DNA from: Streptosporangiaceae bacterium
Lineage (GTDB): Bacteria > Actinomycetota > Actinomycetes > Streptosporangiales > Streptosporangiaceae
Assembly (NCBI GenBank): GCA_019246795.1
Contig: JAFAPY010000210.1
Location: 13,127-77,126 of the forward strand
Length of the DNA: 64,000 nt
Reading direction: 5' to 3'
In this document: in pieces, positions 27,972 to 36,772 of the stretch
How positions within the stretch are numbered: the first letter of the stretch is position 1
Layout: every line of letters starts with the position of its first letter
The notes under the pieces: generated by a model
What the model saw: the letters and a program-made list of their open reading frames with translations, nothing else
Told to the model about the DNA's origin: nothing
Database searches by the model: none
Made by a program: the position numbers and the translations under genes

Positions 27972-29611
27972 CGGGTCAGGCCCGCGCGGTGAATCAGGAA
28001 CGGGCCAAGCGCCAGCGCGTCGACAGGGGCCGACCCGAAGCATTCCAGCGCGTCCCTCGGATCGTCGGCCATGGGCCGCCCGGCCGTGTTCAGGCTGGTG
28101 TTGACCACCACTGGCAGGCCGGTGAGCTGCTCGAAGCGCTCGAGCAGCCGGGCGGTGAGCGGCTCGTGCCGCGGGTCGACCGTCTGCACCCTGGCGCTGC
28201 CGTCGACGTGGGTGACCGCGGGGATCCGGTCCCGCCAGGCGCGGCTGACGTGGTGGGTGAACAGCATGTACGGCGACGGCAGCGGCCCGCCGGAGAAGAT
28301 CTCGCCTGCCCGCCCTGCCAGCACCATCGGCGCTACCGGCCGGAACTGCTCCCGGCCCTTGATGTCGTTCAGCCGCTCCAGATTCGCCTTGTGCCCGGGG
28401 TGGGCGAGCAGCGACCTGCGGCCAAGCGCCCGTGGCCCGTATTCGGACCTGCCCTGAAACCAGGCGACGACGCCGTTGGCGGCGAGTTGCTCGGCGGCGG
28501 CCGCCGCGACGTCCGCCGGGCGCCGGTGGCCGATCGCGGCGCTGACCAGCCAGGCCTCGAGCTCATCGTCGGTCCACGAGCGGCCGAGCGCAGCCGTGCC
28601 CATGGGCGCGCACGCGTCGCCGAGGCTGTGCGCGACCGCGAGCGCGGCGCCGAGCGCGGTGCCGGCGTCCCCGGCGGCGGGCTGCACCCAGACGCGCTCG
28701 AACGGGCCCTCACGGTAGATGCGCGAATTCGCCACGCAGTTGAGCGCGACCCCGCCGGCCATGGTCAGCACGGGCTCGCCGGTCCGCTTGTGCAGCCAGC
28801 CTGCCAGCTCGATCAGGACCTCTTCCAGCCGGAGCTGCACGCTGGCGGCCAGGTTGGCGTGCTCAGCCGTCCATTCGGCGCCCTGGTCCACCCGTTTGGC
28901 GAAGCTGCCCCAGTCCACGGGCTCCACCCGGAACCCCCCGTCACCGGTCGGATACACCAGGCGGCGGAAATCGCCGATCCAGGCGGGCTCGCCGTAGGCG
29001 GCCAGCGCCATCACCTTGTACTCGTCGCTGGACCGCCGGAAGCCCAGATGCTCGGTTGCCTCCTCGTAGAAAAGCCCGAGCGAGTCCGGCAGCGGCTGCG
29101 CGGCCAGCTGCTCGAGCTCGCCGCGGCGCGACCGGCCCGCCCAGTGCGAGCATGCCTCGCCGCGCCCGTCGCAGACCAGCACCGCGGAGTCGGGGAACGG
29201 CGCCGCCAGCGCCGTCGAGGCGGCGTGTGCGATGTGGTGCGGGACGAACCTGACGATGGCCGGGTCCAGGCCGGGCAGCACGGACCGCAGGAACCGCGGC
29301 GCGCGCGCGGCGTACAGGGTGCGCAGCCCGTCCCAGGCGTCGGCGGTGATGTCGGCGCCGGGCTGCGGCGCCAGCGCCGGGTCGTAGGAGTAGGCCACCG
29401 CGTCCAGGTCGCCGGGACCGAGCCCTGCGCGGCGCAGGCACCAGCGCGCCGCGTTCTCCGGCAGTTCCCAGGTGGCAAACGGCACCGGCGGCTTGCCGTG
29501 CTTGCGCCGGGTGAACCGCTCCTCCTCGGCCGCCGCGACGATCTCGCCGTCGGCGACGAGCGCCGCCGCCGGGTCGTGGAAGACCGCGTTGATGCCGAGC
29601 ACCACGCTCAC
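27968..29611 (-). CDS. Carbamoyltransferase (NodU/CmcH family)
   Basis: LGINAVFHDPAAALVADGEIVAAAEEERFTRRKH N-terminus, NTSLN motif near the C-terminus. GTG start with GGGAGGTG RBS. Confidence 0.9.
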   Translation of the reverse strand: MSVVLGINAVFHDPAAALVADGEIVAAAEEERFTRRKHGKPPVPFATWELPENAARWCLRRAGLGPGDLDAVAYSYDPALAPQPGADITADAWDGLRTLYAARAPRFLRSVLPGLDPAIVRFVPHHIAHAASTALAAPFPDSAVLVCDGRGEACSHWAGRSRRGELEQLAAQPLPDSLGLFYEEATEHLGFRRSSDEYKVMALAAYGEPAWIGDFRRLVYPTGDGGFRVEPVDWGSFAKRVDQGAEWTAEHANLAASVQLRLEEVLIELAGWLHKRTGEPVLTMAGGVALNCVANSRIYREGPFERVWVQPAAGDAGTALGAALAVAHSLGDACAPMGTAALGRSWTDDELEAWLVSAAIGHRRPADVAAAAAEQLAANGVVAWFQGRSEYGPRALGRRSLLAHPGHKANLERLNDIKGREQFRPVAPMVLAGRAGEIFSGGPLPSPYMLFTHHVSRAWRDRIPAVTHVDGSARVQTVDPRHEPLTARLLERFEQLTGLPVVVNTSLNTAGRPMADDPRDALECFGSAPVDALALGPFLIHRAGLTR

Positions 29612-29636
29612 GTCGGCTGTTCACCTCCCGTGCGTA

Positions 29637-30380
29637 TCACGGCCAGCTCTCCTCCCACGACGAGGTGACGACGATCTCCTTGATCTCGCAGCCGACCGGC
29701 TGGCGCAGCGCGAACAGCACCGATTGCGCGACGTCCTCGGGCACGTTGAGCTTGGCGCCGCGCGGCGGCTTGTACCGCTCCTCCCTGCCGTCGAAGAACG
29801 AGGTGTGCATGCCGCCGGGCACCAGCATGGTGACCCGCACCGCCCCCTTCAGTTCCGCGGCCAGCGCCCGGGTGAAGCCGACCACGCCCCATTTGGACGC
29901 GCAGTACGCGGTCGCATCGGCCACCGCGCGGAAGGCGAGGGTGGACGCGCACGTCACCACGATGCCCTTGCTCCGCCGCAGGTAGGGCAGCGCGGCACGG
30001 ACCACCGCGGCGGTGCCGAGCAGGTTGACCGCGACGATCCGGTCCCAGCTTTCCCCCGGAAGGTCGCCCAGCGGCGCGGGATAGTCGATGCCTGCCGCGG
30101 TGAACACCGCGTCCAGCCCGCCGTGCCGTTCCGCGGCCCGGCATACCGCGGCCTCGGCGGCGCGCGCGTCGGCGAGGTCGACCAGTTCCCCGTCGAAATC
30201 CGGCGCCGCGGCGATGTCCAGCACCACCGGGGTCCCGCCCGCGTCGCGTACGGCCCTGGCCACCGCCTGGCCGAGCCCGGCGGCGCCCCCGGTCACCAGC
30301 ACGGTCCCGGGTCCCGCGGACCGCTTGCCCGCGCGGGCCTGCCGCACCTGTTCCGCGAGCGTGCGTTCGGCATCGTTCAC
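29637..30380 (-). CDS. Classical SDR-family oxidoreductase
   Basis: VLVTGGAAGLGQA, YCASK. GTG 30380 in a GTGA overlap with the gmhA stop. The listed 295-aa ORF is over-extended. Confidence 0.8.
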   Translation of the reverse strand: MNDAERTLAEQVRQARAGKRSAGPGTVLVTGGAAGLGQAVARAVRDAGGTPVVLDIAAAPDFDGELVDLADARAAEAAVCRAAERHGGLDAVFTAAGIDYPAPLGDLPGESWDRIVAVNLLGTAAVVRAALPYLRRSKGIVVTCASTLAFRAVADATAYCASKWGVVGFTRALAAELKGAVRVTMLVPGGMHTSFFDGREERYKPPRGAKLNVPEDVAQSVLFALRQPVGCEIKEIVVTSSWEESWP

Positions 30381-31057
30381 CCGGGTCCCCCCTCTCCTGG
30401 CGTGCCGTCCCGTACCGCGGCCGCCCGCGCGTCGAACGCCAGGCAGATCAGGTGCAGCGCGACCTCGTGCGCTTCTTGTACCGTCGCGGTCTGCGCCGGC
30501 GCGGCGCCGGCGCAGCGCACGCACACCGCCTCGTCGCAGGCGTCGGCCAGCGGGTTCGGCGCCGGGCCGGTCAGCGCCCAGGCTGCGAGGCCGAGCTGGC
30601 GCGCCGCGCCGACTGCGCGCAGCAGGTTCTGGCTGCGCCCGGAGGTGGACATCGTCAGCAGCACGTCGCCGGGCCTGCCGTGCCCGAGTACCTGCCGGGC
30701 GAAGACCTCGGAGTAGCCGTAGTCGTTGGCGATCGCGGTCACCGCAGAGGTATCGGCGTGCAGCGCTATCGCCGAGTACGGCCTCCGGTCGGCGGCGAAC
30801 CTGCCGGTGAACTCGGCCGTCAGGTGCTGCGCCTGCGCCGCCGATCCGCCGTTGCCGGCCACCAGCAGCCGCCCGCCGCGGCCGAGGATCACCGCCAGCC
30901 GCCGGCCCCAGTCATCGAGCAGCCGGGTGTCCAGCCCGGCCAGCGCACGGACGAGCGCCCCGATGTGCCGCTGGGCCGTGCTCGCGGCCGCGGCGCCGTT
31001 CGGGGGTGCGGCGCCGTTCGGCGGCGCGGCGCTGTTCGGGGGCGCGGCGCTGTTCAT
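30377..31057 (-). CDS. gmhA: SIS-domain phosphoheptose isomerase
   Basis: LLVAGNGGSAAQAQHLTAEF, ALHADTSAVTAIANDYGY, LLTMSTSGRSQN. ATG 31057 in an ATGA overlap with the upstream GT4 stop. Confidence 0.85.
   Translation of the reverse strand: MNSAAPPNSAAPPNGAAPPNGAAAASTAQRHIGALVRALAGLDTRLLDDWGRRLAVILGRGGRLLVAGNGGSAAQAQHLTAEFTGRFAADRRPYSAIALHADTSAVTAIANDYGYSEVFARQVLGHGRPGDVLLTMSTSGRSQNLLRAVGAARQLGLAAWALTGPAPNPLADACDEAVCVRCAGAAPAQTATVQEAHEVALHLICLAFDARAAAVRDGTPGEGGPG
30987..31056 (-). repeat. 18-bp tandem repeat (about 4 copies) encoding (N-S/G-A-A-P-P)n at the GmhA N-terminus
   Basis: gcggcgc(c/t)gttcgg(g/c) units on the plus strand. Protein reads MNSAAPPNSAAPPNGAAPPNGAA. Confidence 0.75.
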
Positions 31058-32283
31058 GCGCGGAGCTCCGGCAGCACCGGCACCACCAGGCTGCGCGCGC
31101 TCGTGCCGGCGTACGCGTCCAGGGCGTCGCTGACCACGCGGTCCATCGCGTACCGCGCCGAGGCGCGGGCCCGCCCGGCGGCGCCCATGCTGCGCCGCAG
31201 CCCGGGATCGGCGAGCAGCCTCCGGATAGCGGCGGCCACCAGGTCGGGGCGGCGGGGCGGCACGTGGATCCCGGTCACCCCGTTGACCACGCTGTCCGAC
31301 AGGCCGCCGACCGCCGAGACGACCACGGGAAGACCGCACGCCATCGCCTCCACCGCCGCGATGCCGAACGGCTCGTACCACGGCACGCAGACCACCGCGT
31401 CCGCGGAGCGGTACAGCCCGGGCAGCACCGACCGGTTCACCCGGCCGAGGAGCCGGACCCGGTTGCTGACGCCGAGCGCATCGGCGAGATCGCGCAGCCG
31501 GCTCACGTCCCGGTCCAGGTGCAGCTCGGCGGGGGCCGGGCCGCCGGCGATGACGAGCTCGGCGCCGGGCAGCTCGGCCAGCGCCGAGATGGTGTTGCCG
31601 ATGCCCTTGCGCTGCACCAGCCTGCCGACATACAGCAGCCGGTGGGGCGCCGTGCGCGGCACGGCCGTACAGGCGGGTCCCTGCGGCGTGTAGTGGCCGA
31701 CGTCGACGCCGCACGGGATCACCACGACCCGGCTGGTGTCGGCGCCCAGCCTGGTCAGCTCGACCACCTCATCGGGGCAGGTGGCCACGATCCTGTCGGC
31801 GTCTTGCAGCAGGCTGGTCTCGATGGCGATCCGCTGCGGCGGCGAGGTGTCCAGCACCCCCTGCTCGCGCCGCTTGACCACGCCGAGCGCATGGAAGGTG
31901 TGCAGCACCGGGATGCCCAGCGGCCGCGCCGCGCGCACCGAGGCATACCCGGACATCCAGAAGTGGGAGTGCACCACGTCTGGCCGGTCCAGCGACCACT
32001 GCCGGTACAGGTCGGCGGCGAACTCGTCCATGTACGGCAGCAGCAGGTCCTTGCACATCGGCTCCGGCGGACCCGCGCTGACGTGGTCGACCGTCACCCC
32101 GGGCCCCAGCGGTACCCGGCGCGGCATGCCGAGGTCGTCACGGCGGGTGTGCACCACGACCTCATGGCCCCGTTCGGCCAGCCCGGCCGCCAGGGCGGCC
32201 ACGTGCACGTTCTGGCCGCCCGCATCGGCGCCGCCCAGCACCGCCAGCGGGCTGGCGTGCTCGGAGACAATCGCGATCCTCAT
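31054..32283 (-). CDS. GT4-family glycosyltransferase (MshA-like fold)
   Basis: MRIAIVSEHASPL...GGQNVHVAALA. EX7E region (YEPFGIAAVEAMACGLPVV). ATGA overlaps at both ends. Confidence 0.85.
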   Translation of the reverse strand: MRIAIVSEHASPLAVLGGADAGGQNVHVAALAAGLAERGHEVVVHTRRDDLGMPRRVPLGPGVTVDHVSAGPPEPMCKDLLLPYMDEFAADLYRQWSLDRPDVVHSHFWMSGYASVRAARPLGIPVLHTFHALGVVKRREQGVLDTSPPQRIAIETSLLQDADRIVATCPDEVVELTRLGADTSRVVVIPCGVDVGHYTPQGPACTAVPRTAPHRLLYVGRLVQRKGIGNTISALAELPGAELVIAGGPAPAELHLDRDVSRLRDLADALGVSNRVRLLGRVNRSVLPGLYRSADAVVCVPWYEPFGIAAVEAMACGLPVVVSAVGGLSDSVVNGVTGIHVPPRRPDLVAAAIRRLLADPGLRRSMGAAGRARASARYAMDRVVSDALDAYAGTSARSLVVPVLPELRA

Positions 32284-33314
32284 CCGGCCGCCATCCCCGC
32301 CGCCTCCACCGCGGCAACCCCTGCGAGCGCCCGCACCGCCTCGGTCACCTGGGCCGCGGTGATCCCGGCCAGGCACGGGTGGCCGGGCACGGGGCATTGC
32401 CGGGCCCGGGATCCGGCGCACGGCGCGTCCTGGTCGCCGAGCACCACCGCCGGGACCAGCCAGGGGCGCCAGCGCTCCAGCGGGACCGTGGGCGCGAACA
32501 GCGACACGACCGGGGTGCCGACCGCCGCCGCCAGGTGCGCTGGCCCGGTGTTGCCGGTCACCACCGCGGCGGCGCCCGCGATGACCGAGGCGAGCTGGGC
32601 CAGGCTGGTCTGGCCGCCGAGGTCGGTGCCGTGCTCTCCGGCCACCGCGGCGGTCAGCGCTCGTTCCGCTGGCGAGCCGGTGACCAGCACATGCCAGCCG
32701 TCCCGGGCCAGCGCGGCGACGAAGCCCGAGGCGTGCCCGGGCAGCGGCGCCCGCGCGGGCACCGAGGCACCCGGGTGCACCACCACGTACCGGCCGCCGG
32801 GCAGTCCGCTGACCGGGGGGAGCGGCGAGCGCAGCCGCAGCCGCCGGTCGGCGGGCGGCGGGAAGCCGGCGGCCTGCGCGACCGACAGCATCCGCTCCAC
32901 CTCGTGCAGGCCGCCGGCCGGCAGCCGGTGCCGCACGTCGAGCAGCGAGCCCGGGTAGTCCTCCGGCGCCGCGGTGATATGCGGCACCCCGGCGAGCCGC
33001 AGCAGGAGCGCGGTCGGCAGCGGATCCTGGTGGTAGGAGGTAAGGATGACCGCCTGGTCGGCGCGCTGTGCCCGGATCGCGTCCGCGGCCCGCAGCACGT
33101 CCTGCCGCAGCACCGGCCCCGGCTCGGGGTCCACCCAGGGGCACTGCCAGGTCAGCACCGTGTCCACGCCGGGCAGCAGCCGGGCCGCCGGCAGTCCCCG
33201 TGGCCCCGCGAGCAGCACGACACGGTCCGCGCCCGCGGCCACCGCCCGGACCGCCGGGCCGGCCAGCAGAACATCGCCCGTGCTGTCCAGCCGGACGACA
33301 ACTACGCTCGGCAT
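32280..33314 (-). CDS. GT9-family glycosyltransferase (heptosyltransferase-like), first gene of a 7-gene operon
   Basis: VVVRLDSTGDVLLAGPAVRAV, GNTGPAHLAAAVGTPVV. ATG 33314 lies 10 nt downstream of GGGTAG. The listed 565-aa ORF is over-extended. Confidence 0.85.
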   Translation of the reverse strand: MPSVVVVRLDSTGDVLLAGPAVRAVAAGADRVVLLAGPRGLPAARLLPGVDTVLTWQCPWVDPEPGPVLRQDVLRAADAIRAQRADQAVILTSYHQDPLPTALLLRLAGVPHITAAPEDYPGSLLDVRHRLPAGGLHEVERMLSVAQAAGFPPPADRRLRLRSPLPPVSGLPGGRYVVVHPGASVPARAPLPGHASGFVAALARDGWHVLVTGSPAERALTAAVAGEHGTDLGGQTSLAQLASVIAGAAAVVTGNTGPAHLAAAVGTPVVSLFAPTVPLERWRPWLVPAVVLGDQDAPCAGSRARQCPVPGHPCLAGITAAQVTEAVRALAGVAAVEAAGMAAG

Positions 33315-33324
33315 GCGGCGGGGG

Positions 33325-33349
33325 CTACCCAGCACCAGGAACCGGAAAC
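33325..33349 (-). promoter_or_regulatory. SigB/SigF-type promoter GTTT-N15-GGGTAG, 10 nt upstream of the ATG at 33314
   Basis: Minus strand reads GTTTCCGGTTCCTGGTGCTGGGTAGCCCCCGCCGCATG. Confidence 0.6.
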
Positions 33350-33350
33350 A

Positions 33351-33364
33351 CTTTGAGCTCAAAG
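33351..33364. promoter_or_regulatory. Perfect 14-bp palindrome CTTTGAGCTCAAAG abutting the -35 element
   Basis: Read directly. AT-richer than its surroundings. Confidence 0.5.
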
Positions 33365-33371
33365 ATGCGGC

Positions 33372-33462
33372 GCCCCAGCTCGCCGCCGACGCCCAGCTCT
33401 CCGCCGGCGCCCAGCTCTCCGCCGGCGCCCAGCTCTCCGTCGGCGCCCAGCTCTCCGCGGGC
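33372..33462. repeat. Five tandem 18-bp repeats (gcccagctctccgccggc) in the divergent promoter region
   Basis: Units at 33372, 33391, 33409, 33427 and 33445. Copies 2 and 3 are identical; the others differ by 1-3 nt. Confidence 0.85.
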
Positions 33463-33514
33463 GCCGTGGCGTCGCCGCGTGCCGCGCCGTGACCGCAAAC
33501 TGCCGCGCCGGCGG

Positions 33515-33538
33515 GTTTCGCCTCCGGCCAGTGGGTAC
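33515..33538 (+). promoter_or_regulatory. SigB/SigF-type promoter GTTT-N14-GGGTAC, 10 nt upstream of the ATG at 33549
   Basis: GTTTCGCCTCCGGCCAGTGGGTACCCGCACTGGCATG. Confidence 0.6.
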
Positions 33539-33548
33539 CCGCACTGGC

Positions 33549-34136
33549 ATGTCCGTTCTCGCTGACGTCAAATCCCGGCTGGCCGGCCTGGCCCGTTCGG
33601 AGACCGATCGCTACGGCGGCGACGAGGAGCGCCCGCTCGGCGGCTACCTGGGCACGATGGCCGCCTACAGCGCGGTCGTGGCCGCGCTGGCCGGGGTGAC
33701 CCGGGCCACCAGGCGCGACATCCCCGACGCCCTCGGCGCCAGGGATATGGTGCTGTACGCCGTGGCGACCCACAAGCTGAGCAGGCTGCTGACCAAGGAT
33801 TCTGTGACCAGCCCGCTGCGCGCGCCCTTTACCTCCTACCGCGGCACCCAGGGGCCGGCGGAGCTCAAGGAAGAGGTGCGCGGGCACGGAGCGCAGAAGG
33901 CGATCGGCGAGCTGATCACCTGCCCGTTCTGCACCAGCGTCTGGGTGGCCACCGGCCTGATGGCCGGGCTCATCCACCTGCCGCGGACCACCAGGCTCGC
34001 CATCGACACCCTGGCCGCGACCGCCGGCGCCGACATGCTGCAGTTCGGCTACGCCTGGCTGGAGAAGGCGTCGTCGTTACCCGCGCCGGGCGTCAGCTTC
34101 CCGCGGCGGCCTGCCTGGCCACGACGAGATCGCTGA
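33549..34136 (+). CDS. DUF1360-domain membrane protein
   Basis: LYAVATHKLSRLLTKDSVTSPLRAPF...ELITCPFCTSVWVA signature. ATG 33549 is internal to the listed ORF. Confidence 0.75.
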   Translation: MSVLADVKSRLAGLARSETDRYGGDEERPLGGYLGTMAAYSAVVAALAGVTRATRRDIPDALGARDMVLYAVATHKLSRLLTKDSVTSPLRAPFTSYRGTQGPAELKEEVRGHGAQKAIGELITCPFCTSVWVATGLMAGLIHLPRTTRLAIDTLAATAGADMLQFGYAWLEKASSLPAPGVSFPRRPAWPRRDR

Positions 34137-34695
34137 CCAGGCCGGCATAGGCGCGGTCCCTGCTGTCCGCGTCCGGCCCCCGCAGCACGGCGGAGGGGTG
34201 GATGGTGGTCACGGCGAGTCCCTGCCAGCCGCCGAGCGCCGCCTCCTCGGCCTTGCCGCGATGCTCGCCGACCCGGAACCGGGAGCCGAACATGGCCTCG
34301 CCGGCCACGGCGCCGAGCAGCACCACCAGCCGGGGGCGCACCGCGCCGAGCTCGGCGTCCAGCCAGAACCCGCAGGCCCTGATCTCGGTGGTGTTCGGGC
34401 GCTGGTGGATGCGGCGCTTGCCGCGCTCGGTCCACTTGAAGTGCTTGACCGCGTTGGTCACGTACACGTCGGCGCGGCTGATGTCGGCTTCGTCGAGGGC
34501 ACGGTCCAGCAGCCGGCCCGCCGGCCCGACGAACGGATGACCCTGCTTGTCCTCCTGGTCGCCGGGCTGCTCGCCGAGCAGCATGATCGCCGCGCCGGGC
34601 TGTCCCTCGCCGAAGACGGTCTGCGTGGCCCGCGCATACAGGTCGCAGCGGGTGCACCCGGCTGCTTCATCTGCGAGTTCGGTCAGCGTGTCCAC
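34093..34695 (-). CDS. udgX: UdgX-type family-4 uracil-DNA glycosylase (covalent uracil-DNA binding protein)
   Basis: CxxC Fe-S ligands (GCTRCDL), motif [21 protein letters not shown]. Diagnostic R-loop insert GKRRIH after VKHFKW. Motif [11 protein letters not shown] start. Confidence 0.85.
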   Translation of the reverse strand: MDTLTELADEAAGCTRCDLYARATQTVFGEGQPGAAIMLLGEQPGDQEDKQGHPFVGPAGRLLDRALDEADISRADVYVTNAVKHFKWTERGKRRIHQRPNTTEIRACGFWLDAELGAVRPRLVVLLGAVAGEAMFGSRFRVGEHRGKAEEAALGGWQGLAVTTIHPSAVLRGPDADSRDRAYAGLVSDLVVARQAAAGS

Positions 34696-34789
34696 GGGAT
34701 GGCTCTACCCGGTGCCGCCGTTCCCACGCCCGCCAGGTGGTGTAGCCAGCCAGGCCCTGGGTAACCGGCGGGCACCGAAGGAGGGAACG

Positions 34790-35194
34790 ATGCCCAAGAC
34801 CACCAAGAGCGGCAAGCCGCGCGAAGAGGAACTGCCCGGCACGCTGCAGCGCTCGCCCGAAAAGGCGCAGCGGACCTTCGCCAAGGCCCACGACAGCGCG
34901 GTGGACAGCTACGGCGAGGGGGAGCGGGCGCACCGGGTCGCCTTTTCGGCGGTCAAGCACACGTTCCAGAAGGTCGGCGACCACTGGGAGCCCAAGGGTC
35001 ACAAGGGGCCGTCCGACGAGAGGGCGAAGAATCCCAGGGCCCGGCAGAACCGCGGCAGGACCGCGGGCGGCGTGGACGTCGAGGGCAGCTCCAGGCAGGA
35101 ACTGCTGGACCGTGCCGCCAAGCTCGGCATCCGCGGCCGCTCGAAGATGACCAAGCAGGAACTGGGCGAGGCCATCGCCCGCAAGCAGGACTGA
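34790..35194 (+). CDS. ChaB-like protein with C-terminal Rho-N/SAP-like domain
   Basis: [47 protein letters not shown] (ChaB) and [29 protein letters not shown] (Rho_N). GGAGGG RBS. Confidence 0.75.
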   Translation: MPKTTKSGKPREEELPGTLQRSPEKAQRTFAKAHDSAVDSYGEGERAHRVAFSAVKHTFQKVGDHWEPKGHKGPSDERAKNPRARQNRGRTAGGVDVEGSSRQELLDRAAKLGIRGRSKMTKQELGEAIARKQD

Positions 35195-35229
35195 CGCGGC
35201 CGCCCGGCACCAGCGGTTATCGTGGGCGC

Positions 35230-35600
35230 GTGGACGAACTGGCCGACTCCACGGACCTGCTCGATGATGCCGCCGGGCTGCGCGCCCGGCTAGGCGCCGA
35301 CGGGTACCTGTTCTTCCGCGGGCTGCTGCCCCGCGCGGAGGTCCGGAACGCGGGCCGCGCGGTGCTGGACCGGCTGCGGGCGGGCGGCTGGGCCGACCGC
35401 GACGGGACACCCTCGGTCCGGCCGTGCCGTCAACCCCATGGATGCGCTGGCCGACCCGGCGTTCCGCGCGGCGGTGACAGATACCGCGTTCAACCGCATT
35501 CCCTACCTGCCGACGGTGCGCGCGGCGGTCCGCCGCGTCATCGGGCCTGCGGCGTTCTCCTACCCGGTGAAGGTGCTGCGCGCTGTCTACCCGGAACGGC
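35230..35600 (+). pseudogene. Phytanoyl-CoA dioxygenase (PhyH)-family remnant, frameshifted near 35420 and 3'-truncated
   Basis: LRARLGADGYLFFRGLLPRAEVRNAGRAVLDRLRAGGW in one frame continues as NPMDALADPAFRAAVTDTAFNRIPYLPTVRAAVRRVIG...LRAVYPERP in another. No His/Asp catalytic half follows. Confidence 0.5.
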
Positions 35601-35678
35601 CCGATGCCCGGGCCGTCCCGGTTGGTGGCCGTGCATCCCGGCTGGCAGCGCTGGCAGCCGCCTGCGGCGGTGCACTGA

Positions 35679-36641
35679 TCACCGTCTCATTCCCGGCGTC
35701 CCGGCATCACCCCGCGCCACCGCCAGCACGCCGACCAGCGCGACCAGCGGGACGGCGAGCGCGATGAAGTCGCCGGAGCTGAGGTTCCCCAGCGCTGCCA
35801 GGGCCCCGGCGAACCCGACCACCAGGACCGCGACGACGACCAGGGCCCAGCCCTGCAGGAACAGCCGCAGCGGGAACGGCGGCGTCACGGTCGTCACGTC
35901 CGGCACCGCGGTGACCGTCTTGGTCTCGCGGCGCTCGGTCAGCCCCTCACGCACCCGGACGCTGACGATCAAGCTGCCCGGCTGGTCCGCGACCAGCAGC
36001 AGGTCCTCCGGGTGGGCCGGGTCCACGGCCTGCGACACCGCGCCCCCGCCGACCGCCCACGCCACCACCTGACCCCCGCCAGCCGTCCGGGCCCGGTATC
36101 GGACCTGCTCCCCGGCGACCACTGTGTCAGGTCCTTCGATCACGACCGGCTGTGCCGCTCTGGCCGCCTGCGGCGTTGGCCTGGCCGCCCTCGCTCTGGC
36201 CGCCTCCGGCGGCGGGGCTGATCTGGCCGCCTCCGGCGGCCCTGCTGATCGAGCCGCCTCCGGCGGCGGGCCTGGCCTAGCCGCCTCCGGCGGCAGGAAG
36301 GCCGACCCGGCCGCGGCGTCCAGCGGCAGCGCTGCCTGGGAATTCGTCCTGCCGGCGGCGCTCCTGTTCCGCGCGCCGCTGAAGGCTCCGTTGCGTGCGC
36401 CCGCGGCCCCGTTCTGCGCGGCTGCCGCTCCGGCGTCGCTCCCGGCCTCCGCGCCGTCCGCCCTGTCCGCCGCGGAGGTCACGATGAGCTGGCGGCGGGC
36501 AAGCCGCTCGGCCAGCCGTATCTGGTGCGCGTGCACGCTCCATGCCATGGCCACCACGGCGCCCGCGACCCCGGCCGCCCCCAGCCCGAGCAGCCCGGCC
36601 ACCACCTGGCTTCCAGTGCTTACAGTCGCCGCTTCAAGCAT
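35679..36641 (-). CDS. Hypothetical membrane protein with PPEAAR repeats
   Basis: N-terminal TM helix, Ala/Pro-rich repeat region (PPEAARPGPPPEAARSAGPPEAARSAPPPEAAR, DNA about 36180-36300). A beta-rich middle part and two C-terminal TM helices. Confidence 0.55.
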   Translation of the reverse strand: MLEAATVSTGSQVVAGLLGLGAAGVAGAVVAMAWSVHAHQIRLAERLARRQLIVTSAADRADGAEAGSDAGAAAAQNGAAGARNGAFSGARNRSAAGRTNSQAALPLDAAAGSAFLPPEAARPGPPPEAARSAGPPEAARSAPPPEAARARAARPTPQAARAAQPVVIEGPDTVVAGEQVRYRARTAGGGQVVAWAVGGGAVSQAVDPAHPEDLLLVADQPGSLIVSVRVREGLTERRETKTVTAVPDVTTVTPPFPLRLFLQGWALVVVAVLVVGFAGALAALGNLSSGDFIALAVPLVALVGVLAVARGDAGTPGMRR

Positions 36642-36772
36642 GTCGTCTCCCGATCGCCGGTCACGGCCACAGACCGTCTATGACGGTATTAAAACACATA
36701 ATCGAATGCCTGGGAAACCGGCGATCCTGGCCAAACGAGGTTCCGGATGATGGCCACGGTCGCAGGAAGGGG

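Noticed and set aside
31006-32958. 650-aa plus-strand ORF opposite the GT4/GT9 genes. The N-terminal parts of the listed 445-, 696-, 565-, 857-, 874- and 874-aa minus-strand ORFs are rejected for a related reason.
   Set aside because: True starts are internal, marked by ATGA/GTGA overlaps with the preceding stop, by RBSs, and by the onset of family-typical N-termini. The upstream extensions are low-complexity read-through of the preceding gene in another frame.
36697-36709. Shared AT-rich 10-mer TAATCGAATG at about 36697 and about 45206 (upstream of the HNH gene)
   Set aside because: Similarity does not extend beyond about 12 nt, so it is too short to call a repeat without genome-wide counts.
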